The translations under genes and the position numbers were made by a program. Source: Paraspadella gotoi (taxonomy: Eukaryota; Animalia; Chaetognatha). Taken from it: a DNA stretch of 64,000 bases. The notes below the pieces were generated by a model. The model ran no database searches. It was not told the origin of the DNA and saw nothing but the letters and a program-made list of their open reading frames with translations. The stretch spans positions 13,966,414 to 14,030,413 of the forward strand of contig CM119263.1 of NCBI GenBank assembly GCA_051294375.1, given 5' to 3'. Numbering within the stretch: the stretch's first letter is position 1; each line of letters begins with the position of its first letter. Of the stretch, positions 37,637-49,048 are shown one piece after another.

Positions 37637-39110
37637 TCACACGGTATTTGTTAACAAAAAAGTTTTCAATAATGCGCCCACTAACGCAAGTGCAGTCGCC
37701 GCCCAAACCCCTCGCCGCCGACTCACGCCCCCATTACATCTGTCCGTGTCGCAGAAGCAGATGTCCGTCCAATTGTCGTCCGTGCTACATCCGGTAGCCC
37801 GTTTCCGCACGGGCGGTCCCTGGACGCAGCCCCGGATCTCGCTGCCCAACTTTCTGTAGTCCTTGCAGCCGGGGCAGTCGCAGTGGCCTGGGCTGTTCCC
37901 GCACCACCCGTGGGCCGAGCAACAGGGAAACAGCCCCGCGGGGTCGCACTCGAACTTTCCCTCTTCGTCGTTGGCGTCGCATTTCATGTCCGTGCGCCAA
38001 CGCTTCTCCCGGAACTTAACCTGAGGATTTATTTATTTATATTTATCTATTCATTCATTCAATGTGTTTATTTATTTATATATTTCTTGAGAGGATTATG
38101 TAACATCAAAAATTTGATACAGCCTTATAAACGATAATCAGACATAACGATGTTAAAAAATATTTATTTCCTTTTTTTTTAAATTTTTGAATATCTACTT
38201 ATATTTATTTTATTTATTTTCTAGTATTTAATCATTTCTTTGTTCGTTTTTAATTTAAAGGTAGGTATTTTCACCTTGAAACATTTCCCGGCGCAAGAGA
38301 CGAAGAGCTTCTCCCCCTTGGCGCAGGAAAAGAGTCGCATTCTGGGCAGAACGTTGCGGTGGAGATTAAAGACGCTGGCGGTGGACTGATAGAGCTGGAG
38401 TCGTTGGAGGATGTCCTCTCCCTCGCACTCGCAGGTGATGTTGCGGCGTCGCGGGCGAAACTTCTTCTTCCACTTGGGTCGCGTCGTCGCCGTCGAGGAC
38501 GTCGACGGAGAATCGGCGTCGCCGGCGGAAGGTTGGGATTGGTTGACGGGGTGGTTGGGGGACGGCCTGTTGGGGTCGATTTATTCATTAATTATTAATT
38601 AATTTATTTATTTGAGTTAATATTTTATTATTGGATGATCAGATTTTAGATTTACAAAAAGAAAGGGTAATCGTCGGGTAGAAGCTTTGGATCAAATCCC
38701 GGCGTAAATAACGATGGGTAAGTTGACCGCGGCGCCTCGGCGTCCATCCGATTCTTGGCGCCGCTATTTCCGGCGTCGTCTTCCTTCTTCAGATCGCGTC
38801 CGTCTTCTTTGTTTTCCTTCTCGTCGTTGTTGTTGTTGTTCTCGGATCCGCCTCTGGCGTCCGAAGGAGTCACCCACTCGTCATGAGGCACTGGTTTCGG
38901 CGTCGTTGTCTCGCGCGCCGCCGGCGTCGTCGTTCGAGAAGCGAACGTCATCCCCGGCGGGAAAAAGGTGGCGGGAACGGGGAGCGGCGGAAAATTCGGG
39001 GGCGGGAAACTCGGCGGCGGAAAGCCCGGCCGATAGTTGGGCATCGGTTGCCCGGAGACGGACGTCAAGGTCGTCAACGACAACAACAATAACAACAACA
39101 AGAACGACAT
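37637..39110 (-). CDS. Secreted, probably GPI-anchored three-finger (Ly6/uPAR/quiver-like) protein with an inserted hevein-like Cys-rich module, ~376 aa
   Basis: Exons 39110-38656, 38566-38275 and 38020-37637 join in frame (1131 nt). Order: signal peptide MSFLLLLLLLSLTTLTSVSG; Pro/Thr-rich region; KKKFRPRRR; then ITCEC...CAKG...SCAGKCFK...[WRTDMKC..CDPAGLFPCCSAHGWCGNSPGHCDCPGCKDYRK]..IRGC...C...ICFCDTDRCN; then GG and a hydrophobic C-terminal tail. Confidence 0.85.
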
Positions 39111-39674
39111 TTTCGAGAAGAAAGAGAGAGAAGAGATCGATCGGCCTCTTGATAGACGAATACCCAGATTTTCGGCTGAAAATAGAAATTTAGAAAAAAG
39201 TTTCTTGAAAAGGAGTTCCATTCCCGTTTGTCGGTTTGCTTGTTGGTTTTTGGTTTTGGGAAGATTTTGTTATGATCCTTTTTTTAAAAAAAAATTCCTT
39301 TATCTTTCGCTTGTTTGTTTTCTTGTTTGTTGTTCAATCGTGAGGAAAGAGGCGAGGTCGGTTTTTTGTTTGTTTGTTTATTTTCGTTTTCTTGCTTGCT
39401 TGTTTAATATCGTCCGGGCGGGAGAGAGGGGGTTAACGGGAACATTTTCCCTTTCTCTTTCTTTTCGTCGAAACTTTTTCGTTTCCAAAAACTTTTCTTG
39501 ATTCCATTTTCGAAATGAAATTCGTGGTTGAAGTCGAAGAAGAATTTCGCAAGACGCGAATTTCAAGTCGAGTTTCTAGTTTTTTCACTTCAACGCGATT
39601 TTCTCGTCCCAACTTCCTTTCCTTCCCTTTTTGTCCTTCGGTCGTTGTCCCTTGTTCTTCGTTGTTGTCCCTCG

Positions 39675-40962
39675 ATGCGACTTTTTCTCTTTGTCCTTTT
39701 TGCGCTCTTGTCTGCAATGTTCACGTTTGGCCCTTGTGGCTGGTCTCTGTTGGTAAAGGGTAAATTTATAATTGAAAAGTGAAAACTTAAATCCGTTATT
39801 ACGACAGAACAAAGTAAAATTATTAGAATATATATGCGCAATGTACAGATAGGCTGAGAAATGAATAACGTAGCGTAAGATGATAAGAAATTAGAAAATA
39901 AGACCATTGGCTTGTAGTCTAATAATGAAAGTTACAGAAGGTAAAACATTTTGTATTAAGATTTTTTACTATTTTCTTTATTCAAAATAAATAATATTTC
40001 AGTTTTAAAATATGAAAAATTCATTCGCAGACCATCCGTTAAAACGATCTTCATATGTTGCAGATGCCCATGAAAACAATCTTCTCCGCAAAGAAGCTAC
40101 AATAGAGAGCCGCCTTCAACACCGTTCGACGCCGATTCACGCCAATGGCGCCGCGGATTACGGAATCCGAGGGGAACCCAAAACAAAAGTGGCATCCAGA
40201 GAATTTCAGAGGAGGAAAATCTGGAGAAGGAGGAGGAGCAGGAGGAGGAGGCTGAGGAGTGAGGAGGCTCCGGGGTGGAAGAAGGCGGCTTCTTGGGTGA
40301 GTCGAGGTGAGGCTCGGGGGAAGATGAAGGAGGAAGATGAGGAAGAAGACGAGGCGGGGAGAGAGGGAGGAGGAGGGGGAGGGACGAGGTTTCCCTCGAG
40401 CGAAAGGATGGAATATTTTGCGAGCTGCAGAGAAATAGAGTCAAAAAAAGTAAAAAAGAAAAAAAAAACAAGAGGAAAAGAGGTGAAATGGAATCAGTGT
40501 GTGTTGCTCTTCAAACATCAAACTTTCTTTTATTGAGGGGCAAATAAAAATTTCGTCAGAAATTACGTTGTTATTTTTAGTCTCTTGCGGCGTTGCCGAG
40601 TCCCGACGGATACTTTTTTGGTCCGATGGTTAGCTCCTCTGACTATTTTTTAGTCCACCCTTTTAGTGAAGATCAAAGAAAATAAAATTAATAAAATAGT
40701 AAAAAGATGTTTCCATATATAAATTAAAAAAAGAAACAATTTTAATTTAAAGATTTTTCTATAGATCATTTAAAGTTTAAAAATATTATTACCTCAGCTA
40801 TTACGGGAGAATGATTTCTCAATACTGAACTTCTAACAATGAATATGTAGCCAACGAGTACGAACATGACGACAATATTAACATTAATATTATATATATA
40901 ATATATTATATTATAATAATTTAACATTTTTGCAGGAATTTTCTCGGAGCAAAACTTTTTGA
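39675..40962 (+). CDS. Candidate small secreted precursor (~130 aa) with a polybasic cleavage cluster
   Basis: Putative exons 39675-39759 (MRLFLFVLFALLSAMFTFGPCGWSLLVK, signal-peptide-like), 40064-40296, 40581-40628 and 40936-40962 are GT-AG bounded and phase-compatible (393 nt). AATAAA follows near 41096. No homology recognised. Confidence 0.5.
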
Positions 40963-41167
40963 AAGCTTACCTTTAAATTATTTTTTAAAACAAAGTTGAC
41001 TTTTCAGAGAAATCATATTCATGGAGTCAGAAGAGAGGACCGTTTCTACATTTTTTCGAAATATTTCTTTCAAATTTCGATAAATTTCTTTTATTAATAA
41101 ATAAAAACTTTTCAAAATATCAATTTATTAAAATAAATAGCAACAACGGAAGCATTATTTCATCGCT

Positions 41168-41240
41168 GGCCGCGTGGCCTAATGGAGAAGGCGTCTGACT
41201 TCGGATCAGAAGATTGAGGGTTCGAGTCCCTTCGTGGTCA
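41168..41240 (+). tRNA. tRNA-Arg(TCG): tRNA-Arg, anticodon TCG
   Basis: 73-nt cloverleaf: acceptor GGCCGCG/CGTGGTC, D arm GCCT/AGGC, anticodon arm TCTGA-CTTCGGA-TCAGA, T arm GAGGG-TTCGAGT-CCCTT. A and B boxes are intact. Confidence 0.97.
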
Positions 41241-41246
41241 TTTTTT
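41241..41246 (+). terminator. RNA polymerase III oligo(T) terminator of tRNA-Arg
   Basis: TTTTTT immediately follows the tRNA 3' end. Confidence 0.85.
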
Positions 41247-41596
41247 ATTTCGTCGCGATTTAAACATTATTTGCATAACGTGTAAAATAGAACGGTCATC
41301 ATTCAGTCTCATCTTTGAAACAGTTTTGCAATACTAAATATTTTTAAATATTTAAGTATTAGTAATTGAACAAAAGTTGTTTGTTCTCCTGTTTCAAGCG
41401 ATGAGATAGAGCAAAATGACATCTAGTGACCATAATTAGAAAACATTTTGCTTTTTAGAACAAAAGAACAAAAGATGCTTAAATCTCTCTCTGTCTATCT
41501 CTCTCTCTCTCTCTACTAACTTAAACCTGTCCTCACATTTCTCTTTCTCTCTCTCTCTCTCTTCCAAAGTCAATTTGGAAAACATGAAAATTGTGA

Positions 41597-41654
41597 ATTG
41601 TCAAAAGCACTGATGAAGGCTTGAATGAAAGCCGAAACTTGTCTGTACAATAAA
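41597..41654 (+). ncRNA. Candidate minimal type-I hammerhead ribozyme (Penelope-like retroelement pLTR remnant)
   Basis: Reads GCA-CTGATGA-A-GGCTT(GAATGA)AAGCC-GAAA-C(TT)G-TC-TGT: intact core, 5-bp stem II and GUC cleavage triplet at 41641-41643. Stem I is GCA/TGT, extended by ATTGT/ACAAT. AATAAA at 41649-41654. Confidence 0.65.
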
Positions 41655-42063
41655 ATATAATCGTTGCTGTATCAAGACTTGGTCTTTAATTTCAATTAAT
41701 TTTTAAATTTAATTATAAATGAAACAGGAGAATTGGAAGAATATAGATACATATGTACCTAGAATTGAAAAAGAAATTTAAAAATTATTTTATTAACTAT
41801 GTAGTTTTATGTGAATTTTGTTAATGATTGTTCTCATAACTTTTGACTATCTTCTAATATCTAATACCTTCTGATTTTAGTAATAAACAAAATTCATTTA
41901 GCTTTAGGGTTTCAAAAGAAATGACGAATTTTATCATTGTATCACGATCAGTCGACACCAAGAACGAACGGGACAAAATTTGTTTCTTGTTGCAAAACAA
42001 ACTTTTCTACACCAAGTCGGAAACGAGCTCTTCCCTCTAATGCAGTCATCCCTCGAAATCGTG

Positions 42064-42148
<85 letters not shown>

Positions 42149-45100
42149 GGATAGAACCGCGGGTTCCATTTGGCGCGTGCACGTGCTCGGTCCCAACGCG
42201 CTCTACACGCATCCCCGCGCGCACGTGCGTGGATATCTCCCTCGAACCGCGGGTTCCAGTTCGCACGTGAACGGGCGCCGCTCTCCCGTTCTAATTCTGG
42301 CGCCGCGACGAAGGGCGTCGGGCAGGAAGAAAAGAATCACGGAATCAGAGAATGGCATCGCAACGAGGAGAGGATCACAATGAGAAGAGGATGAGTTTTT
42401 TTTCGGTGAATCCGAGATGACAAAGTTGATGGTGTTTTGGAGGTGACGTCCGCGAGGAAGGAGGACAGGCGGTGGGGGGCAAGAAAAATGGGGCTGGCGT
42501 TGACGGAAAGATGACGGGGATGCGAAGGGAAGACGTGGCGAATGGCGGGGGGGTGACGCTGTGCGGCGCGTGATTTCCGGCGTGACATGTTATCACGTTT
42601 TTTTTTCGTGCGTATATCGATAGTTTTTGTACTTTGACAGAGAAAAAAAATTTTTTACTAAACAATCTCTTCATCGCGTCATAATGAAAATTAATTTGTT
42701 TTTGGCACCGTAATATTTTCATGTTTGCATTACGGCTCAACGACTGTAGTATATATGATTGCGCCCAATTTGAAAATCTTTTGGCTTCGAGCGGTTTCGA
42801 TAATCGAATGTTGGATACAACTTTTTATTTTCTCTTTTTAAACTTAAGCACTCGTTGTACTCACCCACAACCGCCCACGATTAAGTCACGCCCTCCCACT
42901 CGCCTTCTTGAATGAGATCGAGATCACTGTACGTTTTAAGCTTAAGGGACGTGAGAAAGCCTTTGTCGTTCTTTATTCATTTCGATCCTTTCACGCACGC
43001 CCCAATTTCTCTTGTGCGAAATCCGCTGACCCAACGACTTTCCCACTCGCTTCTCTGACCAATTCCCATCCCCGACTCCCGACTATTATCCTTTTTGTGA
43101 AATCTTTCTCGTTCTTGACAGGCCTCGAGGCCAGAAAAGGGCAAATGGATGGATGAGACCATTCTTTTTCATTGATTGAGGGATCGAGTAACGAATATCA
43201 CAAAGAAAAAAATTGTCCATCAAAAGTTCAAATCACACAGGGAATATTCGTGTGATATTTCCTTACGAAAGCTCGGACAAGAACGACTACCGGAGAAGCG
43301 GACTAGTTGACTGCGGTCCGACGATCTTTCGACCATCTGGCAGAGACGACAACGACAACGATGACAAAGACGATTAGTGGAATATAAATCAGTAGTTTTC
43401 TTTACATTTAAATGATGTCATTAGTCATCATGTCATCATTCTCCAGGTTATACGTAGGCATAGTGTAGCAAACCAAACACTTCTCATCTCTTCTTTGTCA
43501 AAGTCCGCGACCCCGCTTCCATAAACTATTTTTATCCCCTTAAAAACTTTTTATCCCCTTAAAAACTCCCCCATCTTCTCGACCCACGCAATCTCAGCCG
43601 TCCCCGCACTGACCGTCAGGGCGATTCGAGTCCCATTATGTCGTCGTCGTCGTCATTTTCGCTTTCAACCCTAACCCATCCCCCAAACGATAGAAATTTG
43701 GTAAATTGATAACTTGAATTAACATTTCTCGCCAATCGCGTGATCACAAGTGATTCAGGCGATTTTGTTCTCTCCCTTTGACGCGAGCGCGTGTAAAAGA
43801 GGCGTTCGACTTTCGATTCACGCGCGCGGCGAGTAACGTCGCTTGAATGTTAAATCGGGCACGTGGTCCGATTCTTGATCGCCGATCGAATTAACGATAA
43901 ATCGATTTAAATTTTAGATTATTTGGGAATTGGGCTTTAACCATAAATTTAATAGTTTTATCGACCGAATGGGAATCGTTGACGATCGAATTTAGTAATC
44001 GGTACCACGTCAGCTTTGGCGTCATCGTTGGCGTCGTCGTTTTTGTCATCCACGGCGTGACCCTTTGTCGACTTTTGGAACAAAAAGAACCCATTCGTGA
44101 AATTTGTAGGCTAATTTTTTAATTTTTTTGCCTGGTCATTTTTTAATAATATTAATTTTTTTTTTAAATATTTTTGGAAATTTTTTTTTTTTTTCAAATA
44201 TTTTTGGAAAATTTATTTAAAAAAAAAATATGTTAAACCTTTTTCTTGTCAGTTTATATAAAATTTAGTATAAATCTTATAGTATTTTTTCAGGGCTTTC
44301 TGATGATATAGTTTTTTATTACAAATATAAAAATTAATGATATTTTTTATTTTTGTTCTAATATGTATTGCCAACCTACATTTACGATTATTTGGCCTGC
44401 AGGAATAAATTCAGTGAAGTAAACTATATTTTGAAAAACATTGTAAGAATTTAAAAATGTTTTTTTGTATCTTTACCGTAAGCGTTCCTCGAAAGGTTCT
44501 AAATCTTTTCATGATTCAGTTCGTGCTGAACTTAAGATTGCTTCTTTTTTTCTCTTTGGCATAGTCGTTAATTGTTTCGTGATTGTGTGATCGTAATGCA
44601 GGCGAAAAGACTCATAACATGTCTTTTTAAAGTCAGTGAAAATAACAGAATTATAATCAAATGACAATTACGCTGAGCATTTGAATGAGAGAAAAAAAAA
44701 TGTTTATATAATCTGTCTTTGCGTCGTGCGCAGATTTAGGGTCAAAGAAAATTGGGTAACCTCGCTCAAATTTGCCAAAGTGGTCCAAATGGTCAAAAGG
44801 GTGAGAAAACGGTCAATGGGTGTCGATGGGAGCATGTGAGATCCGTGCTTTGTGAGAAAACGATGCTCGATCGGATCGTGAAAGGGAAAGATGGTCCTCA
44901 CTTAGACGCTCTCCCACGCTTTCCTCTAGCCATCAATTCGTCCACCCCCTCCCCCTAACGAGTGTCCCACTCAAAGAGAAGTGGCCCTCAAGAATTGACC
45001 ACGGTCGAAAGGGCGGGCTCGATTTTCGCGTGATTCTGCAAAGTGGGCGAAAGTTTTGTGGACGATGGACCGTCGCATCTCGTGCCCTTCTCTACCACCC

Positions 45101-45836
45101 GTCGCTTCTCCAGTGCGAAAAACGATCGCCCCTTTCCCCCGGCGGCCCCCCTTCCTACCCTTCCCCCCCCTAGCAGTTGCCTCGAAGCCATTTCCCATCG
45201 TTGAAAATTCCCAAGAAAATCGTCGAAAAATCGCGTGTTCGGACGGTCAACGAAAACTACGACGGCGACGACGATAAAGATGACGACGACTGCGAGAACG
45301 ATAATCGTCGTCTCGGAAGGTCAGTTGACATAAAAACGTTTTTTTTTTTCCTCGCGTTGACATTAAAGACAACCAATAGCCTTTTTTGCATGGCCGTTAA
45401 CGACGATAATTATAGAACTGTCAAGCCTCTTAGCCATTAGCCAATCTTGGTATTTGGCAGAATTTTGGGTTGAGAAAACTTTTGATGCGTCTTTTTAGTT
45501 TTTTAAATTCAGAAATGACTTAATAGAATAGAATATAACTAGAAATGACACAAGCATGAAATCTCTGATGCGATGACACTTTTGAGTAAAAGTTCTGACA
45601 AAAATGCTTTCAATTATCTCAATTCTATAATGGCTGACTTCTAACTTTTCAGTTATCAGATTTTTAAAATAACCACGTTTGGTAATTTTTTAAGAATATA
45701 TATTGTGGCAATAAAACATATGAGTAAGACAATGAAATTCAATCAGAAATAGCAATAGAATGGGCAAGTTTATCACGCAATTGAGCAAAGTATCGGTTCA
45801 GCGACAGTATAATTTAAATCAAAGAAATACGAGCTT

Positions 45837-48308
45837 TCAAAAGGCGACGGCATCGAACGAGGAAATATCGCCCGTCTGAACTCTGTACACGTGAGTGTTG
45901 TTATTCACGTTGCTGTCGTTGTTGTTATTGTTTTCGGCTTCGATGTCGAGGCAGCAAGAGTCAATGACGTCGGGCACCCGCGCGGCTCCGCGCGGGATCT
46001 CCTCGTAGAGTTGCTCCGGCCGCAACACGGCCACGCCCTTCTCGTCGCGAACCACGTGTTTGATGGCTGCGCTCTTGGCGCGGAAGAACTCTACGTCGAT
46101 GGGCGCCACCACTGTTTCGGTCTCGGAGGAGGTGGAGTCGCTGAAGGAGGCTGTGCCGTCGCGAATGCGCGCCGGCGACGTCGTCCGAGATCTGAAGACG
46201 TTGTCGGCGAATTCGCGGACGAGATCCATTTCGGAATCCGTCATCACGCGATGGGGGAGGGGAAAGGCGGGCGATGAGACGGGCGGCGGAGAGGCGGGCA
46301 GCAGGGAGCTGTCCGACGTCACTGACCGTGACCCGGCGCGTCGGTGGGAACGGTAAATGTCGGGCATCTGCTGTCGTTGGTAAATGGGGTGCTGATCCCG
46401 TGGGTCACGCGCCACGAAGACGGACGTCAAGTGCTGATCCGGAGACCCGAACTCGAGGTTGATAGTCTTGGCATTCTTGGTGACTTGCTGCTGGGAACTC
46501 ATCTTGTAGATGCCATAGACTTCTTTATCGTCGGGATCCAGGTCGGAGAGGATCGTGGAGGCGGTGTCGTGCGGCAAAGTGGAAGACGAGGAGACGAAAG
46601 TCTGTCTAAAAGCGTCTCGCGCTTCGCCAGCCTCGAAGTCGTCGTCATCGTCGTCGGCGACCGGCTTCTTCCTCAACAAGACGACACCGGTGACGACGGT
46701 GACGACTAGAAGAACCCCGCAAACGATCGCCATGGCAACGACGATCATAGAAACTGGGCGATCGGCTGAGGAGCGCGATCGCTCGGCGAAGGTGACGACG
46801 ATGTCGTTGACTCCGCCTCGGGAGGAGGTCGTGGTCTCCACGGACGAAGGCTTGGAGGAGGAAGAGGAGGAAGTGACTTCGAGGTCGTTGACGACCCTGA
46901 CGACGACGGTGGCCGTCGTCGATTGCTTCTCGGCCGATTTGGTTTCGGCGGCGACGACCCTCAATACAACCTCGTCCCTCTCCAGTTGATGAGAGTAGAG
47001 ATAGACGCGGCTGTTGGCGCGACTCCGCTGCGGCTGATCGGGGAATACCCTGAACGCCGCGGCGTCGACGCCGTCGTCGAGGATCTGCACCTCGAACTCT
47101 GAATTGGCGCCGGCGTCGGTGTCGATGACGACCATATCTTCGACGAGGGGCCGGTTGGTGCCAGAGAGGATTTCGCTTCGTTTGACGGTGACCTCTTTGA
47201 AGGCCGGCGTGATGACGGGGGCGTTGTCGTTAATGTCGATGACGAGGATGGTGACCTCCACGTAAGAGACGCTCTCGGGGCCGCGGAGAACCACGCCGGC
47301 CGAGACTTCGGAGACGCGGACTTGAAGGACTAGCGTCTCGACGCCGTCGCGAAGCGCCTCGCGGTCAACGCGTCCAGTGGTCTTGAGAACGCCGGCTTGG
47401 GTGATGCCGAAGAGACGGGAGGGGTCGTCAACGATCTCGAACTCGAGGCCGTGGAAGGGTTTGGGGTCGGCGTCGCCGTCGACCGCCTCCAACCGCCCGA
47501 CCGCGGACCCGACGGGCAATTCCTCGTGGATGGCGACGTTGAGGCGCTTCACCACAGGGGGCGTGTCTTGAATGTTTAGGATTTCAGTGCGGACGGTCAT
47601 TTCCGCGAAGTTGCGTCCGTCCGTGGCTTCGAGGATGAACCCGTAGGCGCGCGTGGTCTCAAAGTCCAGAGACCCGACGAGGACCAGGTTGCCCGTCCAA
47701 CTGTTGTCGTCGGTCTCGGACGGGCGGACGTCGAACTTGATGCAGGCTTCGGGCGAATCGGGAAGCGGCTTGCAGCGCACCTCGACGCCCTCGTTGGAGG
47801 CGTCGACGTCCTTAACTACGATGCGGAGGAGGTGCGTGTTGACGGCAGAGTCTTCGGGAATCTGCAGCGACTCGGAATCGGCGGCGCCCTCGAAGTAAGG
47901 CGCCTCGTCGTTCGCCTCCGTCACCTCGATGGTCGACAAGACGTTTGAACTGCGCTCTCCGTCAGAAACGCTCAGTGGAAGCAGGATGTGGTCGGAGCCG
48001 GCGCCGTCGCCGTCCACGTCGAGCCGCTTGATGAGGAAGACCTCGCCGGTGGCGGCGTCGACGCGGAAGAACTCTGTCCGTTGAGTCTCGGAATTGGTCG
48101 TTGCGTCGTAGAAGGAGAAAGAGACGCCTTTGCCTTCAGGGTCGCGGGCCGCGAGGCGGTAGACGGGCGACTCCTCGGAAGGAGTCGTCGCCTCAGAGAT
48201 TGAGAAATAGTTCATGTCGTGTTCGCGGATGAAGTAGGGCGGGCTGTTGGCTGCCACCGCGACGACAAAGGCGACGAGGAGAAAGACGGGGGACATGGAG
48301 AAAGTCAT
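45837..48308 (-). CDS. Single-exon cadherin-related type I membrane protein (823 aa; ~4 cadherin repeats)
   Basis: One uninterrupted ORF. It has a signal peptide, cadherin motifs (ARDPEG, LDVD, EANDEAPYF, IPED, LDFET, NIQDTPP, VDRE, DINDNAP), a Ser/Thr linker, TM SMIVVAMAIVCGVLLVVTVVTGVVLL-RKK and a ~280-aa tail with no catenin-binding motif recognised. The N-terminus resembles Cad87A/Cad86C/CDHR1-type non-classical cadherins. Confidence 0.93.
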   Translation of the reverse strand: MTFSMSPVFLLVAFVVAVAANSPPYFIREHDMNYFSISEATTPSEESPVYRLAARDPEGKGVSFSFYDATTNSETQRTEFFRVDAATGEVFLIKRLDVDGDGAGSDHILLPLSVSDGERSSNVLSTIEVTEANDEAPYFEGAADSESLQIPEDSAVNTHLLRIVVKDVDASNEGVEVRCKPLPDSPEACIKFDVRPSETDDNSWTGNLVLVGSLDFETTRAYGFILEATDGRNFAEMTVRTEILNIQDTPPVVKRLNVAIHEELPVGSAVGRLEAVDGDADPKPFHGLEFEIVDDPSRLFGITQAGVLKTTGRVDREALRDGVETLVLQVRVSEVSAGVVLRGPESVSYVEVTILVIDINDNAPVITPAFKEVTVKRSEILSGTNRPLVEDMVVIDTDAGANSEFEVQILDDGVDAAAFRVFPDQPQRSRANSRVYLYSHQLERDEVVLRVVAAETKSAEKQSTTATVVVRVVNDLEVTSSSSSSKPSSVETTTSSRGGVNDIVVTFAERSRSSADRPVSMIVVAMAIVCGVLLVVTVVTGVVLLRKKPVADDDDDDFEAGEARDAFRQTFVSSSSTLPHDTASTILSDLDPDDKEVYGIYKMSSQQQVTKNAKTINLEFGSPDQHLTSVFVARDPRDQHPIYQRQQMPDIYRSHRRAGSRSVTSDSSLLPASPPPVSSPAFPLPHRVMTDSEMDLVREFADNVFRSRTTSPARIRDGTASFSDSTSSETETVVAPIDVEFFRAKSAAIKHVVRDEKGVAVLRPEQLYEEIPRGAARVPDVIDSCCLDIEAENNNNNDSNVNNNTHVYRVQTGDISSFDAVAF

Positions 48309-48961
48309 GGTGTCGCTGGGGTGAGTTTCGAGGGTGAGTTTCGGGAGGAAAAAGGGATTCGAGGGGTTTCCGATGAGAAAAATAGTTTTTTCTTCCTCGT
48401 TATTAAGAGAATCGTCGGAGCGTGGAGCCAGAAAGAGAGAGAGGGAGACGACGACCGAGAGAGAGTGGAATTAGTCGAGGATCGGCTGAGGAGTCTCGAC
48501 AATTCGACCGCGACGAAGTTTGAATCTGAGAGGAAACGAGTATTTCTTGTTTGCTTCCTCCTCGGGCCAGTTTTTTTTTAATTTGAGGAAGAGTGAGAGA
48601 GAGCGAGCGGGATGTTTTGAAACGAGTGGGAAACACTGAGAAAGTCTTGTCTTGTTTTCAAAGTGAGATTCTTTCTTCTTTTTTTTTGTGACGAAAAAAA
48701 AAGTTTTGAGTTTTGTTTTGGTTTTGGTTGAGAGAGATTTTATTTCTCTTCGTCGGAGAAGCGAAACTTAAAACTCGAATCTCGAATGCGTGAATGCGTG
48801 TCTGCATTTGTTCTTCCGACTTTTATACGCGACGAGCCTGGGAAAGTTGGAGTCTCTCGCTCTCTCTCCCTCTATCTCAACTCGAAATGGAATCCTTTCA
48901 CTCGATTGGTCGAATTGTCGATCCTCTCTCTCAATTGGTGGTTTTCCAACCCAACCCCTCC

Positions 48962-49048
<87 letters not shown>

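Noticed and set aside
45891-48203. Plus-strand ORFs overlapping the cadherin gene (likewise antisense ORFs over the SH3, YTH and Ig exons)
   Set aside because: Antisense shadows of GC-rich coding sequence.
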